Source: Selaginella moellendorffii (taxonomy: Eukaryota > Plantae > Lycopodiophyta). From it: DNA of 64,000 nt. The stretch spans positions 462,365-526,364 of the forward strand of contig NW_003314319.1 of the NCBI RefSeq assembly GCF_000143415.4. The letters are read 5' to 3'. Both the position numbers and the translations under genes were made by a program. Below are positions 12,201-25,477 of this stretch, piece after piece. The notes beneath the pieces are model-generated. The model was not told where the DNA came from and searched no databases. It worked only from the letters and a program-made list of their open reading frames with translations. Within the stretch, counting starts at the first letter, position 1. Every line of letters begins with the position of its first letter.

Positions 12201-15200
12201 TCAATCTTTGATTAACGTCTAACACTTCTTCTCAAGTGAATACTATCATCTGAAAAACCAAATTGAGTCCGAAATGTTTACAGCAGGAGAAGGGAAGCCT
12301 TCACAGTATTTTCGTGATCTGTCAAAAGACGAGCAGCAATCTAAGCTGCGGGACAGATTGAAGAAGTACTGTCAAAAGGTATGCATTCACCTCTATATGC
12401 CTTGGGTCACATGTGCTTTGCCCAGGTTTATAAGCGAGTACTTGATAAACCGACAACAGAACAGCGGGTAGCGGGAGTGTGCATGCGCGAAAATTCCTTT
12501 TATGTGGATACAGTTCGGAGGTAGAAGATATTGTCTTTGGATTTTTCTCAATTTAATTTGTTTGTTTGTTTTTTTGTTTTTTTTTTTTTCCTTTTGGTAA
12601 GTTTTCGAGACCGAAGATACGAGTACAAAACCCTTAATAAGGTGTGGAAGGGAAAATTGACGGAGGCGAAGTCAAGCGGGAATTCTATCAAAATTCAAGA
12701 AGCTCAAGTTGCGTTAACTTGTTGTCTTCTACACGTACTAATCTTTTTGAACTTCAGGATATGGTGGTTTTATATGATTCACTGCAACTTGCACACAAGT
12801 GTATTCTTAACTCATTTTACGGCTACGTCATGAGAAAGTAAGCTTTATGCATTCATCTATTAACGTGGTTGATTCTGCTTGTTTGTGTATCCAGAGGAGC
12901 CCGGTGGTATTCTATGGAAATGGCAGGAATTGTGACATATACAGGAGCAAAAATCATCCAAAATGCACGGATACTTGTCGAACAAATCGGAAAACCGTTG
13001 GAGCTGGATACAGACGGGATCTGGTGTGCTTTACCAGCATCTTTTCCTGAAAACTTTGTTTTTCGTACAAAGTGAGTATCCAAATCTCTATGCCGCTTAA
13101 CAGTTCTCCTATCAGAGATAAAAAACTTCCGATTTCGTACCCGTGTGTGATGCTTAACGTGGATGTCGCGTTAAACAACACCAACCATCAATACCAGGTA
13201 TCCGCATGTGTTCTCACGACTCCCTTAACTTTGAAATGTAGACACTGGCAGACGCTACGGAACGTACTTACCGAACAAGTAGCGAATGCTCAATTGAATT
13301 TGAGGTTGATGGACCGTATAAGGTAAATCATGTTTAAGTTATGCAAGCTGAACTTTACTTCTTCTTTAGGCAATGATACTCCCGGCCTCTAAAGAAGAGG
13401 GAGTGCTTATTAAAAAGCGCTATGCGGTCTTCAATGATGACGGAACACTTGCCGAGCTAAAAGGCTTTGAAGTAAAGCGGCGAGGTGAACTTAAACTTAT
13501 AAAGGTTTTTCAGGTACGCTGTAGCTTATGTTCATGCGTATATTTCAGTTGTGCTTTTCACAGGCAGAAGTTTTCGAGAAATTTCTTCAAGGTAGTACGC
13601 TCGAAGAATGTTATGACGCTGTAGCGGCCGTTGCTGACAGGTGGCTGGATATGTTAGAGGTTGTTTCATTTTTATACTTGAACTGATCTAAGTAACTTAA
13701 CCCTTTTCTCTAAATAATGATAGAATCAAGGAGCAGATGTGGCTGATAGTGAGCTTCTTGACTACATATCGGAATCAAGTACAATGAGCAAGTCCCTCGC
13801 CGATTATGGCGATAAAAAATCCTGTGCTACCACCACGGCTAAGCGGCTAGCTGATTTTCTTGGTGAAGCTATGGTGAAGGATAAGGGGTTGAGCTGTCGT
13901 TATATTGTTGCCCGGGATCCTCAGGTAAAGAAGTTCGATTCTGCTCCTCGGCGACTTAAATTTGATAATTTCAGGGCTCACCTGTTAGCGAACGTGCAGT
14001 ACCCGTTGCTATATTTGAGACTGAAGCTGGTATAACTGTGTCTAAGTTTATTTGAGTATTAACACAACGTTTTTACAGAGGTTATGAGAGCATACTTGAG
14101 AAAATGGTGCAAGGTGTCCGCTGATGCAGATTTTCGCTCTATAGTCGATTGGTCATACTACAGACAACGGTTAGCGTCCACTATACAAAAGATTATCACA
14201 ATTCCTGCTGCGATGCAGAAGGTAAATAATCACTTCTCACAGCAACTTAGTCTAAAAATGTAAATGCAGGTAGCCAATCCTGTTCCTAGAGTTAGTCATC
14301 CAGACTGGTTGTGGAAGAGAGTTCGTGAAAAGGATGACAAATATCGGCAAAAAAGCATATTTGATGCTTTTAAGCCCATAACAAACGCAGATGTTGACAA
14401 TGAGGCTTTGGTTGGTGACTTGGAGGATATATGTGGTGGCAAGGAAACTTGCTCTTCGAAAGGGCTCAATGCTGAAGTTGAAACTGCTGCAACAGCGAAT
14501 ACAGAACCTCTCTGCACCTCTGATGGAGATGATTATGGAGCATGGCTCGATAAACGAAAAAGAAAGTGGAAAGATGTTCGTGAGAAACGAAAGCGTCTCA
14601 GGTATTTTTTTTCTTTTTACTTTACATGGTTCTTAATCGATGAGAAATAATATATATGCTGCTACATTAGACAAGGTCCTGAACCTCGACACACAGACAA
14701 CAGATTGAACAGGTCAAAAAAGGGAAATAGTGTAAATACATTTTTTCAGAATCGAGAGGCTTCATTAACACGGTCACATTGGGAGGTACTAAATTTGAAA
14801 TTTAACTCTCTGGACCACGCATTTTGGATGCGCATTTCAGGTTTTGCAGTTTGAGGCCACTGAAAAGCCTGGAAATTTCATTGCTTGGGTAGTGGCTGGT
14901 AGTTCCATGTACAAGGTCCCCGTAAAGGTGTCACGAATTTTTTACCTGAATACGCGTGCTATAGTTTCCGAAGATTATCCTGGAAAGCGTGTCAGCCGAG
15001 TGCTACCTCACGGGAAAGCCTGTTTTAATCTTATTGAGGTCTGTTATAGCACGATAATTTTTTTTTCCTTTGATGTGGCTAATCATCTGAATCCTTTTTT
15101 GAGCACAGGTCATTTTGGACGAAGAGCAGTACAAGCAGGCTAAAAAGGATGTTGTAGCTCATCTGTCGGATCCAGAAGTTGAGGTACAAGCTCAATGTTT

Positions 15201-18200
15201 GCTAAGCAGTTCGTGAGGTTTTGAGATGTGAACAGGGAGTTTACGAGACTAGATTGCCTCTCGTACTTCAAGCCATTCTTCAACTCGGCTGTGTTTGCTC
15301 TGTTGACGTTAAAGCGCAAAAGCGGAGCTTAAACGAAGGGTGGTCGCTAGAAGAATTGCACATGAAGACCACTACTGAGTGCTCTTATCTGGCAGATAAC
15401 GTCTCCTTTATCTACTTATATCACAGGTGCACACATTGCTATTGATGAACTTGTTAAACTGACATATCGTTTTTTTCAGCGCATTTGAGCCCCGTGGCTG
15501 TTATGCCTTGTATGCTCCTTTGGCCGCAAAAGTTCTCGTTATCATTGTCAATCCGTCAGTCAACAAGGAGGTGTCAACAAACTGGTTAGAAAGGCAGTTT
15601 CGCGACTCACTTCGGACACAAGAGTCATCGGTCATGGAAGAATTCAACATGGATACATCAGACGTTAACTTCGAGGTATGTTTTTGAGGATCAGCACTAT
15701 TTTGACAAGCTTTCAATCTGCAGATAGAATATTTGGCTACATATGCTGAAGCTGGAAGGCGTTTGCAAAGGACTTTGCATGATTATTTGTACGTTGGGAT
15801 ACCGTTATTCGTCCTTTAAAAAAACACCTGCAGGGACCAGTTTCGGAGGCCTGCCGTGGCGATTGTAGAATGTCCGTCCATGGAAAACATTGTGGCTCAT
15901 GTTCCGGCTATTTTGGAGGTTCCTCGAGTTCAAGTTCCTTGGAATTCACGTCACAGTGACTATAAGGTGGGCATTATGTTTTTTTCTGAAGCACTTCTAA
16001 ATATACGTGAGTCGCTTGTGGACAGCTTCTTGGATGGCAACCAGTAGCTGCAAAATTAGCAATGCAGCGTTGTGCTGCCTCACCATCCTGGCTTTCGGAA
16101 AGAATTGCACTTTGTCGATACGCTCATGTGAGTTTACGTCTTTATATTTCGTGTATCGTGTACAAACATGAATTCAGGTTCCGCTGGGCAATTTGGACTC
16201 AGACTGGATTCTTTTCACTGCGGATGCATTTTACGCACGAGTGCTGAAGGACAATCAGCATGTATTTCTCTTATCATATCCGTTTTTGTTCCTGAGTTAA
16301 TGTTTCTGCAGGTTTTGTGGATATCTGATGATGGCTTACCGGATCTTGGAGGTGTTCCACAAGACGAACCAAGCTTTACAGATGTGGTGCGAGAATAGTC
16401 TATTGGCTTGTTGGTGTTGACGCGATTGTTTAACAGGTTCAGCAACCGTCTTTGTGCTATCCTGGTGCTTACAGAAGTGTTACTATTGAGCTCAAGGTAC
16501 ACTCCGTCTTCCAATTTCATCTCGGACAACATGTTCTCTTCCTTGATGTAGATAAATCATCTGGCAGTCAATGCTCTTTTAAAGAGCACTCAAGTAAATG
16601 AGCTGGAAGGAGGAGCGTTGCTAGGCTTTGAGCTTGATGCAACTGGTTCCAATCTTCGTCAAGTGGGAGGTTCCTGGGATGAAACCAATTCTTGTGCGCC
16701 TGCTTTCGGTCTTCTAAAACAGATGGTATCTGGGTGGTTAGTCGATGCCATGTCCTCTGCAAACGTTTTCGCCGATGTTCTTTTGCAGAACTTGTACAGA
16801 TGGCTTTGCAGGTGCTTCGGCCGTTGACAGTTCTTATGCTTATTCTAACTTTATGCTGCAGTCCACTGTCGAAGCTTCATGATCCATCATTGCACCGGCT
16901 TTTACATAAGGTGAATTGTTTCCTTCGGAACTGCAAAATCTAGATTCTAACTATAATCAATGCAGGTCATGCAGAAGGTGTATGCACTTTTGCTGGCTGA
17001 ACTTCGAAAGCTTGGAGCTACCATTGTGTATGGGAGTTTTTCGCGAATCATAATCGGGACAGGAAAACACAACGTTGAGGCTGCCAAAAACTACTGTGAT
17101 CACCTTTTAAAAACACTGCAAACCAGGTTAGTGTCCAGTCGCGGCGATTCCGTTTCTTCAATCTTCTGTTCGTAGAGAAATGTTCGAGTGGATTGAGCTT
17201 GAGCCTCAACGTTATTGGCATTCCATTTTATTCATGGACCAGGTAAATCATGATTGGTTTCTTGCTTGTTGCATGTAACATCTGCTGTGCAGTACAACTA
17301 TGGCGCTATCCAAGCCAAAGTTTCATCTGAAGACAATTCTGAGGAATTTGAAATTGTTTCATCCTGGAATATAGCCGAGTATTTGCCGAAGGCTATTCAG
17401 GAGTTTTTCATCGTCGTGGTGTCGGAGTTTATCTATCTCCCATGGAAACACGCGCAAGAAACTATCGCAGCGAGATCATTTTCCTTCTCATCAACCCCAT
17501 CTGTGACTGTTGCCGCCGCTGCTGACGCTGACGCCCTGGAAACATCATTTTTGAAAGAACAGGTTCGTCTGGCATTTCGATGCGACCTTCATTATCTGAA
17601 ATTTGTGCAGATTGAGTCATATTTTACAGACAAGCTGTTGAGAATCGTAAGAGATATTCAACGGCACTTCACGGCTTCCAGAGACGTGGACGACTTCAAG
17701 TTCCCGAATCTAGCTGGCTCTCATTTAGCTCTGGGTGACGCAGCTCTCGAGTTCATCAAGTATATTTATGCTGCAATGTCCCTTGATCACCGCGTGCAGC
17801 ATTCTGTTCAGGTTTGTATGTTCTTTAGTGCTTTTTCTTTATAGAGCTCACGTTCTTTTTCCTTTGAAGGTTATGAGAAAGAACTTGCTTAGGCTGGTTC
17901 ATGTGAGGGAGTTTGCACCCGAGGCTCAATTCCACGACCCTTGTCTATCGTTTACCCTTCCGAACGTCATTTGCAGGTACTTTCCCTTGGTGAGCTTTCT
18001 GATTAAAACTTTTGTATTCAGCTACTGCAATGACTGCCGAGACCTCGACTTGTGTCGGGATGCTGCCTTGCTTCAAAAGGACTGGCACTGTACAGTTCCT
18101 CAATGTGGACAAATGTACAACGTCCAATGGATTGAGAATGCATTACTCCAGATCGTTCGGCAGAGAGAGCGTCTTTACCATCTGCAGGACCTCAAGTGCG

Positions 18201-18441
18201 TGAAGTGCCGCCAGGTAGAATTCCCTATGACAAATACTGGCCTCGTCTCTAATCAAAATCACATCTTTATGCACAGATAAAAGCCGCACATATCACCGAG
18301 CAATGCTCCTGCGGTGGCAGCTTCGAGTGCGTAGAAAAGTCGGCCGAGTTCATGTCCAAAAGCCACGTATTCTTGAACATTGCGACTTACTATGGATTCG
18401 ACTTGCTGAAGGAGTGCATTGCGTGGATACTACTATCCTGA
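9271..18441 (+). CDS. POL2A: DNA polymerase epsilon catalytic subunit A, with dozens of short exons
   Basis: [15 protein letters not shown], Exo[82 protein letters not shown], and C-terminal CysA (CRYCNDC..C..PQC) and CysB (CVKC..CSC). Stop TGA at 18439-18441. Confidence 0.97.
9286..9390 (+). repeat. Perfect 51-bp tandem duplication (2 copies) in Pol epsilon exon 1
   Basis: gcaggcccggaatgtggcatggggcgcggggacggggccccgagagctctc at 9287 and 9338, giving [17 protein letters not shown] twice. Confidence 0.97.
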
Positions 18442-18542
18442 AAGCTCAACCAGGTATTTCCAAGGTTGCTCATTGCACAATAGTGTTTGTTAATATCAGG
18501 ATTCGAACCAGGGATCCCTGGTTTTGCGAGGGCTTTAGCTCC

Positions 18543-19845
18543 ATGGAAGGCGTCGTCCAGGCGGAGACGACGGCACCCAGCCCAGCTCCAGCCCCGGCTC
18601 CAGTACCATTTCCCAAGCTCCAGCTTCGCAACCCCTTCGTTTTCAAAATCGCCCAGATCACTACAGGCGCTGGCGTGGGATGTGGCGTCGGGATTGGCGT
18701 TGGCAGGCCGATTCAACTAGGTAACACTTTTGACAAACTTGGAATGGAGTCTCATCTTCTAGATGGTCCAAGAGTTCTTCTTGAGTGCTGCATTCTCATT
18801 TATGCGTCGGAGTGAATCGTGTTGACTGTTAAGTGTCATATATTTGCAGTTGAGGGGCCGCGTTGGGCTGACACACTTGTGAATTGCTACTGCCACATCA
18901 GGGGCGCTCTCCAGATTTGGGATACCAGTCCAGGACTTGAACCGGCTTCTCGGTAAATCTGGACGTTACTTCAATCAGTTCGTATGACTCTGTTCTTCCT
19001 AGGCTTCTCTCGCTAAAAACTCTCTCTTTTTCAACAGAAAGCGAAGCTGGGAATCAAGACTCTCGACGCTGGTATCGGCTGTGGGGTTGGAATCGGGCAT
19101 GGTTTCATGTTGGTCGGTATGTTTGTGCCACACAATGTATCCAAATTTTCCTGCGTTCTTTTTCCTTCTAGGTGTGGGCTTGAAACAAGGAGTGACGGAA
19201 CAATTGCTGCAATTTGCTCAGGTTTGTTGCTCAGTTTACGAAACATCAAAACTGAAAGTTTCGGTGTAGGATAGCGGGGCGGCACTCGCTAGTCGCTTCG
19301 GTCCACACTTGGGACCACTGGCTGTCGTGGATAGCAAGATGTTACTTCCTGGATCCAACTTGATAAGTCCAAATCCCGCAGGACCTTCGTCTCCCAGTTC
19401 TCCACCCGCAGCTCGAGCGAACGTTTTAGCGAGCTACATACCGGCCGCGTCAACGCCTCCCCATGCTCCAATCCAAATGCCAGGCTCGACTTCGTCGCAA
19501 ACACAAACCAGCGAGGTTGGAACTTGTTATAATATTTGCTCACGCTCTTGAATCTAAAGCCACTCGTCCCGCAGGTCGAGAGGTTGAGACTGGAGAAAGA
19601 GATCCTTCAAACTGTAAGGAGCTTTCTTCTATCCTTTACGTTTCTTCTAACCAAAAATACTTGGGCAGCTTTTGCGACAGCAAAGACAGATCGAGGACTT
19701 GAACGAGGAGTTGAAAGCATTGCGAGAAGGGAAAGAAGTGACACCTGCACCACCACGGCCACAGTCCACTGCCCCGAGATTGGCAAGCAGCGACCACTGG
19801 GATCGGTGCTTCGAGTGCCGGAGAAGAGCTCGAAGAAGATCATAG
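18543..19845 (+). CDS. Uncharacterised plant protein with Gly-rich GxG segments, a coiled coil and a C-terminal CFECRRR tail; multi-exon
   Basis: LRNPFVFKIAQITTGAGVGCGVGIGVGRPI, LDAGIGCGVGIGHGF, VERLRLEKEILQT/LLRQQRQIEDL and DRCFECRRRARRRS*, joined by GT-AG introns. Confidence 0.75.
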
Positions 19846-19904
19846 CCTTGAGGCTTAGAACGAGAGGGAAAGAAAAAAGTTTTGTTTGAAGCATTCTTTG
19901 ATCC

Positions 19905-21574
19905 TTACGACCACCCAATGTCAACAGTGACAAGGTGGTGATCTGAGGTACCTCTAGAGGACACCACTTTGTATGAGCCCGGGATAAATCTGTACTGAAG
20001 ATGTGGTGACGCGAGTATATAGTCGATCCGCGTGTTGTGCTTGCAAGTCCCTTGAATCTCTGTGTGTTAAAACTCACGAGCAGCGTTACAAAGTAAGAAG
20101 AGTGCGAAGGGTTCCCACCTTGGCCGCGAACCAGTGCTGGAATTTCCGGAGAGGCCACCGCGCAAGAATCCATGTAACCTTTCTCGACCAGCAATCTCTC
20201 CATAACATCAGACCTGGGAGCCATTTTCCTGTTCTCCGCTCGCAGCTGGAAACACAGCGAGAAAGCAAGGATCATGGAGTCTTCACGTAACCTGGCAAGC
20301 TTGGAAGAAAGAGCTTGCCTTGGCTATCTCGGCCCAGCGCTCCTGGGAGTAGTCTGGCCGGTTGAGAGAGTTAAGGTCGCCGGCTAGAAAATGCGGCACC
20401 TTTCTCGTGTCCTCCAGTATGGCCGAGACCTGTTTGATCCTCCAGTCCTCGTCCAGATGGTCGAGGTGAGTGCAGCAGTAGCAAACCTCTCCAAACGATG
20501 GCACGTCCACCACCACTTTGAGCAAGTTCCTGTGAGAAAACAATCGAGAGTTTCAGAGCTATTCACTCAAGATCTCCAGAGTGGTGCTTGCCTGTAGTCC
20601 GAAGAGTTGTATATCCTCTTGACGCTCGTACTCTTGATGGGCCACCGAGAAAGAATCGCGTTTCCAAACTCCGGCGCCCAGCTCTCCGCGTAAGCGTAGT
20701 GCATGCCCAGTGCTTCGGCCAGGTCCGTCAGCGGCGACATGCCTTTCTCCTCCTCGGCCCGGACTTCCTGGAGCGCTATCAAGTCCGCCTTGGAGTCTCT
20801 CAGCACTTCAAACACCGAGGCCTTGTGGAAGCTCTTCGCGAAGAGCGGGGTGCCCAGCTCGATGCAGGGGCTCGAGTGGAAGCTGTAAAACGGGTTTGGG
20901 CTGAAGGCCGGATTCACCTTCGAGCGGTGGTGGTGCGCGAAAACGGTTGCAATCGCCTCGGCTTCGACTTGGTCTGCTGGCGGACTGATCGGTTCCAGCA
21001 AGAGCGCACCAAGCGGCGGCGTTGGGCAAGATCCAAATGTGGGATTGTAGCAATCCATGCTGGAGTATCCTTCCAACGTTGCATGATTCAAAAGAGTGCA
21101 CGAAACGTTGACTGATGAGAGATCTAGATCTTCTGCATGAAAGTATAAGGTTTGAGACTTGTTACCTGGAACAGCAGAAGCTAACGAGAACATTGCGACG
21201 TTCATCGTTGCAAGCCTGACAGTTATCGAGGAATCCCCGGCGCCACTGCTACTGTTTCTCGAGAACACCCGCATGCTCGCGGACTTCGTGGATTCCACAA
21301 CACGGAATATGAATCTCGGCTGCGGCACCTGCTGGTTCTCACACCTACATTCCGCGCAGACCTGGCTGTGAACTCTCTGGAACTTGGTTGCAATCTTCTT
21401 CGCCAGTGATCTCATGCAAAAACGGAGTTGCACAATCTTGTCAGTGAAGTGTCTCCAACTCTTGGCCTGCTGCTGGGCTGCCTCGTCGTGCTCATCCTGC
21501 AAGCAATCTCTCTGCAGGACATCTGAAAGCTTTTCTTTGTTTGCTCCTTGCTCTGTTCCCGGTGTTGCTGCCAT
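19905..21574 (-). CDS. DNase I-like endonuclease/exonuclease/phosphatase (EEP) superfamily protein
   Basis: LATMNVAMFS, DLIALQEV, AESWAPEFGNAILSRWP, CTHLDHLDE, LAGDLNSL, TRIDYIL and TSDHH motifs. Confidence 0.92.
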
Positions 21575-21946
21575 GCTAGAAAGACACTCACATCTGGAAG
21601 AGAATATACATAAAATCTGGACGTACAACGTAGCTATGACTCGTTTGCTTTTTATCTTTTGCAACTTTTACGGTCACGGGATCTGAGCCTTTTTGAACCG
21701 TTTTCCCTCCCGCACCGTGTTCAAATTTCCTCTGCCAGATCATGCGAAAGTTGGTGGGAGAGTCTCATGACATAATCAAAGCGGAATGAATCTACTGCTA
21801 GAATTAGACCTGAAGACCTTGCCACCATTACGACCGGGTCCAGACACAATACCCAATTCTAGAAGATCGCAGCCACCTCCACTCACAAATCCCTTATAAA
21901 AAGTCCCGAAGCTGGATGAATCCCTTTGCGAAGATTGTCTTTTAGA

Positions 21947-22618
21947 ATGGCTCGTCTTAGCACCGCCCTTGCTTTCGCTCTAGTTGCCACCATTTCATCC
22001 TCGCTTCTTGTGCAGGCAGCGGATGAAGATATGCTGCAGGACTTTTGTGTTGCGGACAATGCCTCCAAGATCAAGGTGAACGGCGTCATCTGCAAGGCGG
22101 CTGAGGATGTCAAAGCTGAGGACTTCAAGTCGAGCCTCCTGGCGACTCCCGGGAACACCGACAACAAGCTCGGCTCCAACGTCACGCTGGCGAGCGTCTC
22201 CAATTTCCCCGGTCTCAACACCTTTGGCGTCGCTCTTGCCCGCATCGACTACGCTCCCGGCGGCACCAATCCCCCCCACGTCCATCCCCGAGGAACCGAG
22301 CTGCTCTTCCTCCTGCACGGGACCCTCTACGTCGGGTTCGTCACCACCTTGCCGGACAACAAACTCTTCGCCCAAAAGCTCAATCCAGGGGATCTTTTCG
22401 TCTTCCCTCGGGGACTCATCCACTTCCAGCTCAATGTGGGAGAGGAGCCTGCGGTTGGGCTCGCTGGCTTCAACAGCCAGAACCCCGGGACGTCTCAAGT
22501 GGCCAGGGCGGTGTTTGATTCTAATCCTCCCATCAACGATGACGTGATCGCCAAGGCGTTCCAGATTGATGACCGTGCTCTCATCCAGAAGCTGAGAGAG
22601 CTCATCAGCATGACTTGA
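21947..22618 (+). CDS. Germin-like protein, copy 1 (intronless, secreted cupin)
   Basis: Signal peptide, QDFCVAD, germin box 1 GTNPPHVHPRGTE and box 2 GDLFVFPRGLIHFQ. TATA-like TTATAAAA near 21895. Confidence 0.96.
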   Translation: MARLSTALAFALVATISSSLLVQAADEDMLQDFCVADNASKIKVNGVICKAAEDVKAEDFKSSLLATPGNTDNKLGSNVTLASVSNFPGLNTFGVALARIDYAPGGTNPPHVHPRGTELLFLLHGTLYVGFVTTLPDNKLFAQKLNPGDLFVFPRGLIHFQLNVGEEPAVGLAGFNSQNPGTSQVARAVFDSNPPINDDVIAKAFQIDDRALIQKLRELISMT

Positions 22619-24479
22619 ATGTTTCGTTGATTCTATTATTAGAGATTTTTATTAATAAACTCATAAGATCGTTTCATTTTAAATGTGCAATATAAACATT
22701 GAGAATTTGACTCACTTGCATTGGCCTTGGTAGATTACTTCAGCTTTTGATTACACGCAACAATCTCCCATGCAAAGCAAAACTTCTAGAAGGCTGATGC
22801 CTACAATATGGCCAAATTTATAGTGCACCATTTTCTGAGAGCACCAGACGGTTTTAAAGAGCATTAACCAAAACTGCACTAAGCTTGGGGAAGTTGGTAG
22901 CAAATTTGCCAAAAAATAACCTACATAGAAGTAATGGATTTTACTTGTTAACGCTGCTCGCCCATGGGGAATTTGGTTAAGTTCATTTATATAGGTGTTG
23001 CAGGCAATTGTGTCATCTGGTTGCTCCAAGGAGAAAGTTTTCGCTGTTGAAATTAAGAGAGAACTGATGTTGATATCCAATTAAACTACATGACATTATG
23101 TTTTTGAACAAGACTTATATGGTGATATTTGATAATGCCATAATGGCATAATTAATAATGCCCTTTAAGGTATTTTTGCTTCAGTTAGGCAAGGCGGAAT
23201 ACCCTTGCTAACGTATATAAAACTTTTGATATTCCAAAACGTATATTATGAAATTGATTCTGGTTTACAAAACAATCATTAGCACAAAACATCAGAACCT
23301 TTAGAAAGATTGATTTTAATAACGAATTTGAGGTTTCTTTTCTAATTTTTTTATTATAATGATTCAACAAAAGAAAAAGGTGTCTCTTAAAAATATTACA
23401 ATTAGCACCATATTGCCATGTAAAGTCGACTCAATTCTAGAGAAGTAATTTCAAACCATAAAATGAATGTTGTAGCTTGTATACTAAATGTTTCTGATCG
23501 TACGCAATATAAACTTTTGGTTGTTGCATGTAAATAGTTTTTGGTTTGTTTGTGGTAGTGGATATAACTAGAATATACTTGCATTTTCTGGGATATTCTA
23601 CCATCAAACGGTTTTATTCATTAATCTCGTATTTATAATTTTGACCCTTCTTATAGTTTATAGAATTCCTAGTATATTTTAGCTTATTCTACCATATAAA
23701 GGCTAATATGTTCTCAAACTAATCTTGTATTTATAAATTATAAATTTTCCTAAACATGACTGGGATGGATTGATTCATTGCAGTAAATAATTATAACTAT
23801 ATATACTATTAAAAACCTTGAGATTCCAGGTCTTTACCTCACCATTACCCTCTTTTTCCCCATAGAATTTGAAGTTTCACCTAGTCTCTGTAATGTATAC
23901 AAACACAACACCACAACAAATCAAAGAAGTGAATGACAAAAAAGGTTAAATCATACTTTTAAGCTATCTATAGTGATTTAATCTGGAAAAAAATCTGGAA
24001 TTGATATATTGTGCAGATGAGAATAGAAAAATATTATTTCTAACTTTTTGAATATTTATAAAGCATTAACACGAAACAATGTAATGTAACTCATCATTAA
24101 AAAATCATCATCCTCTAGAATCAAAATAAATAAAATTTTAAATTTTAAATAATTTATAAATAAAATGCCTGTTTATGTCATAAAGAAAATTTAATAAGAG
24201 GTTAAATAAATCAAATAAGACATATTAGTTTAACATTTGATGAACACGACCCTGCTGAGTTTTAAGCAATTGGTTTATCTCTGTATGGTTTCTTCTTGCT
24301 GCTCTATCGCAAGCTCAAGAATACAGTTCGCGCCAGTGATATATGGTTCAAGTCTCTTATTTCTGAAAAAAAACTTATCATAAAGCTACTAATGGATCCT
24401 TTAGTTTGCACATGGGTAGCTTGGTTGTACTCTTTCCAAAAACTTTTCTTTATTTGCTCCTAGAGTATATGACTGGTTT

Positions 24480-24720
24480 GCATCGTGCTAACAGTTGGTG
24501 AGATATACGAATCCAATGCTAGAACCTAGACTTAAAGATGACCAGGTTCAGCCACAATAGTTCTAGAAGCCCTCTGGAAGATTGCTCGTCTTAGTGGTTT
24601 GGAGAAGCGTCATGCTCGCTTCGCCAGTCGCGGACGAAGTCATGCTGCAGGGCTTTTGGACAATGCCTCCAAGATCAAGGAGAACGGGGCGTCAAACCCG
24701 AGGAATCCGCCTGCGGTTGC
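24480..24720 (+). pseudogene. Heavily deleted remnant of a germin-like gene, including its promoter
   Basis: Collinear blocks match copy 1: tgctagaa..tagac, cacaata..ttctagaag, gctcgtcttag, gcggacgaagtcatgctgcagggctttt, ggacaatgcctccaagatcaagg, cccgaggaa, gcctgcggttg. Confidence 0.8.
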
Positions 24721-25477
24721 AAAGTTGGTAGCAAATCTGCCAAACGAATTTATAAGGAACCAGGTAGTTCTTCCCCCCTTGGTCCCAGTGGCCTTATGCC
24801 TCCATATGGGCCGAAAGACATGTATTACTATTATAGTGTCAGCATGAAGAATTGTGTACGGTCCATTGTTGATGCAAAATGAACGAAGCTTGATGGGTCT
24901 ATTGATCAAAGTACGTCATTCCTATCAAGGTAATTCATATCAAATTTTCCAAACATGTGAGTCCGTCGGTAGTTTGAGATCCAGATAGATCCAAACAAGG
25001 GTGAGTCTTGGGAGACTCCGACTGTATCAAATGGTGCCCCTTTTCTCGGATGAAATTCTTATTCAAGTTATTGGCATTACAAAGAAAATCCATACGTCTC
25101 TGGCGAAAAGTCTCTGGAAAGAAGAAAAACAGCAAATTAGTGCACTGTCACCTCAAATTCGAAGTTTCACTGAGTCGACGAGTACCTACCATCAAAACCA
25201 AGGTAGTCATTCTTTACACAAAAAATACGACTCTGACGGCGTCATGTCTGACGCAGGCAAGAAAAAGTCCGAGACGACTGACTAGGCAGGAAGAAAATCA
25301 GATTGTGGTACGCAGACAGCAAGAGTAAAAAATGAAATAGAAGGGAAGAGAAGTGTACCTGACTGAAACAACTCGTGCACGGCTCACGACGAAGTCATCC
25401 AAAGCTCCCCTCCTCCGGCTATTAAATGCCTGCCCCTCCCCCCCATAGCTCCATCACTTCTTTCCCAAGCTCGCAAG

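Noticed and set aside
22750-25330. Short ORFs in the AT-rich spacer between the germin copies
   Set aside because: No recognisable motifs and frequent stops. Only the germin remnant at 24480-24720 is supported.
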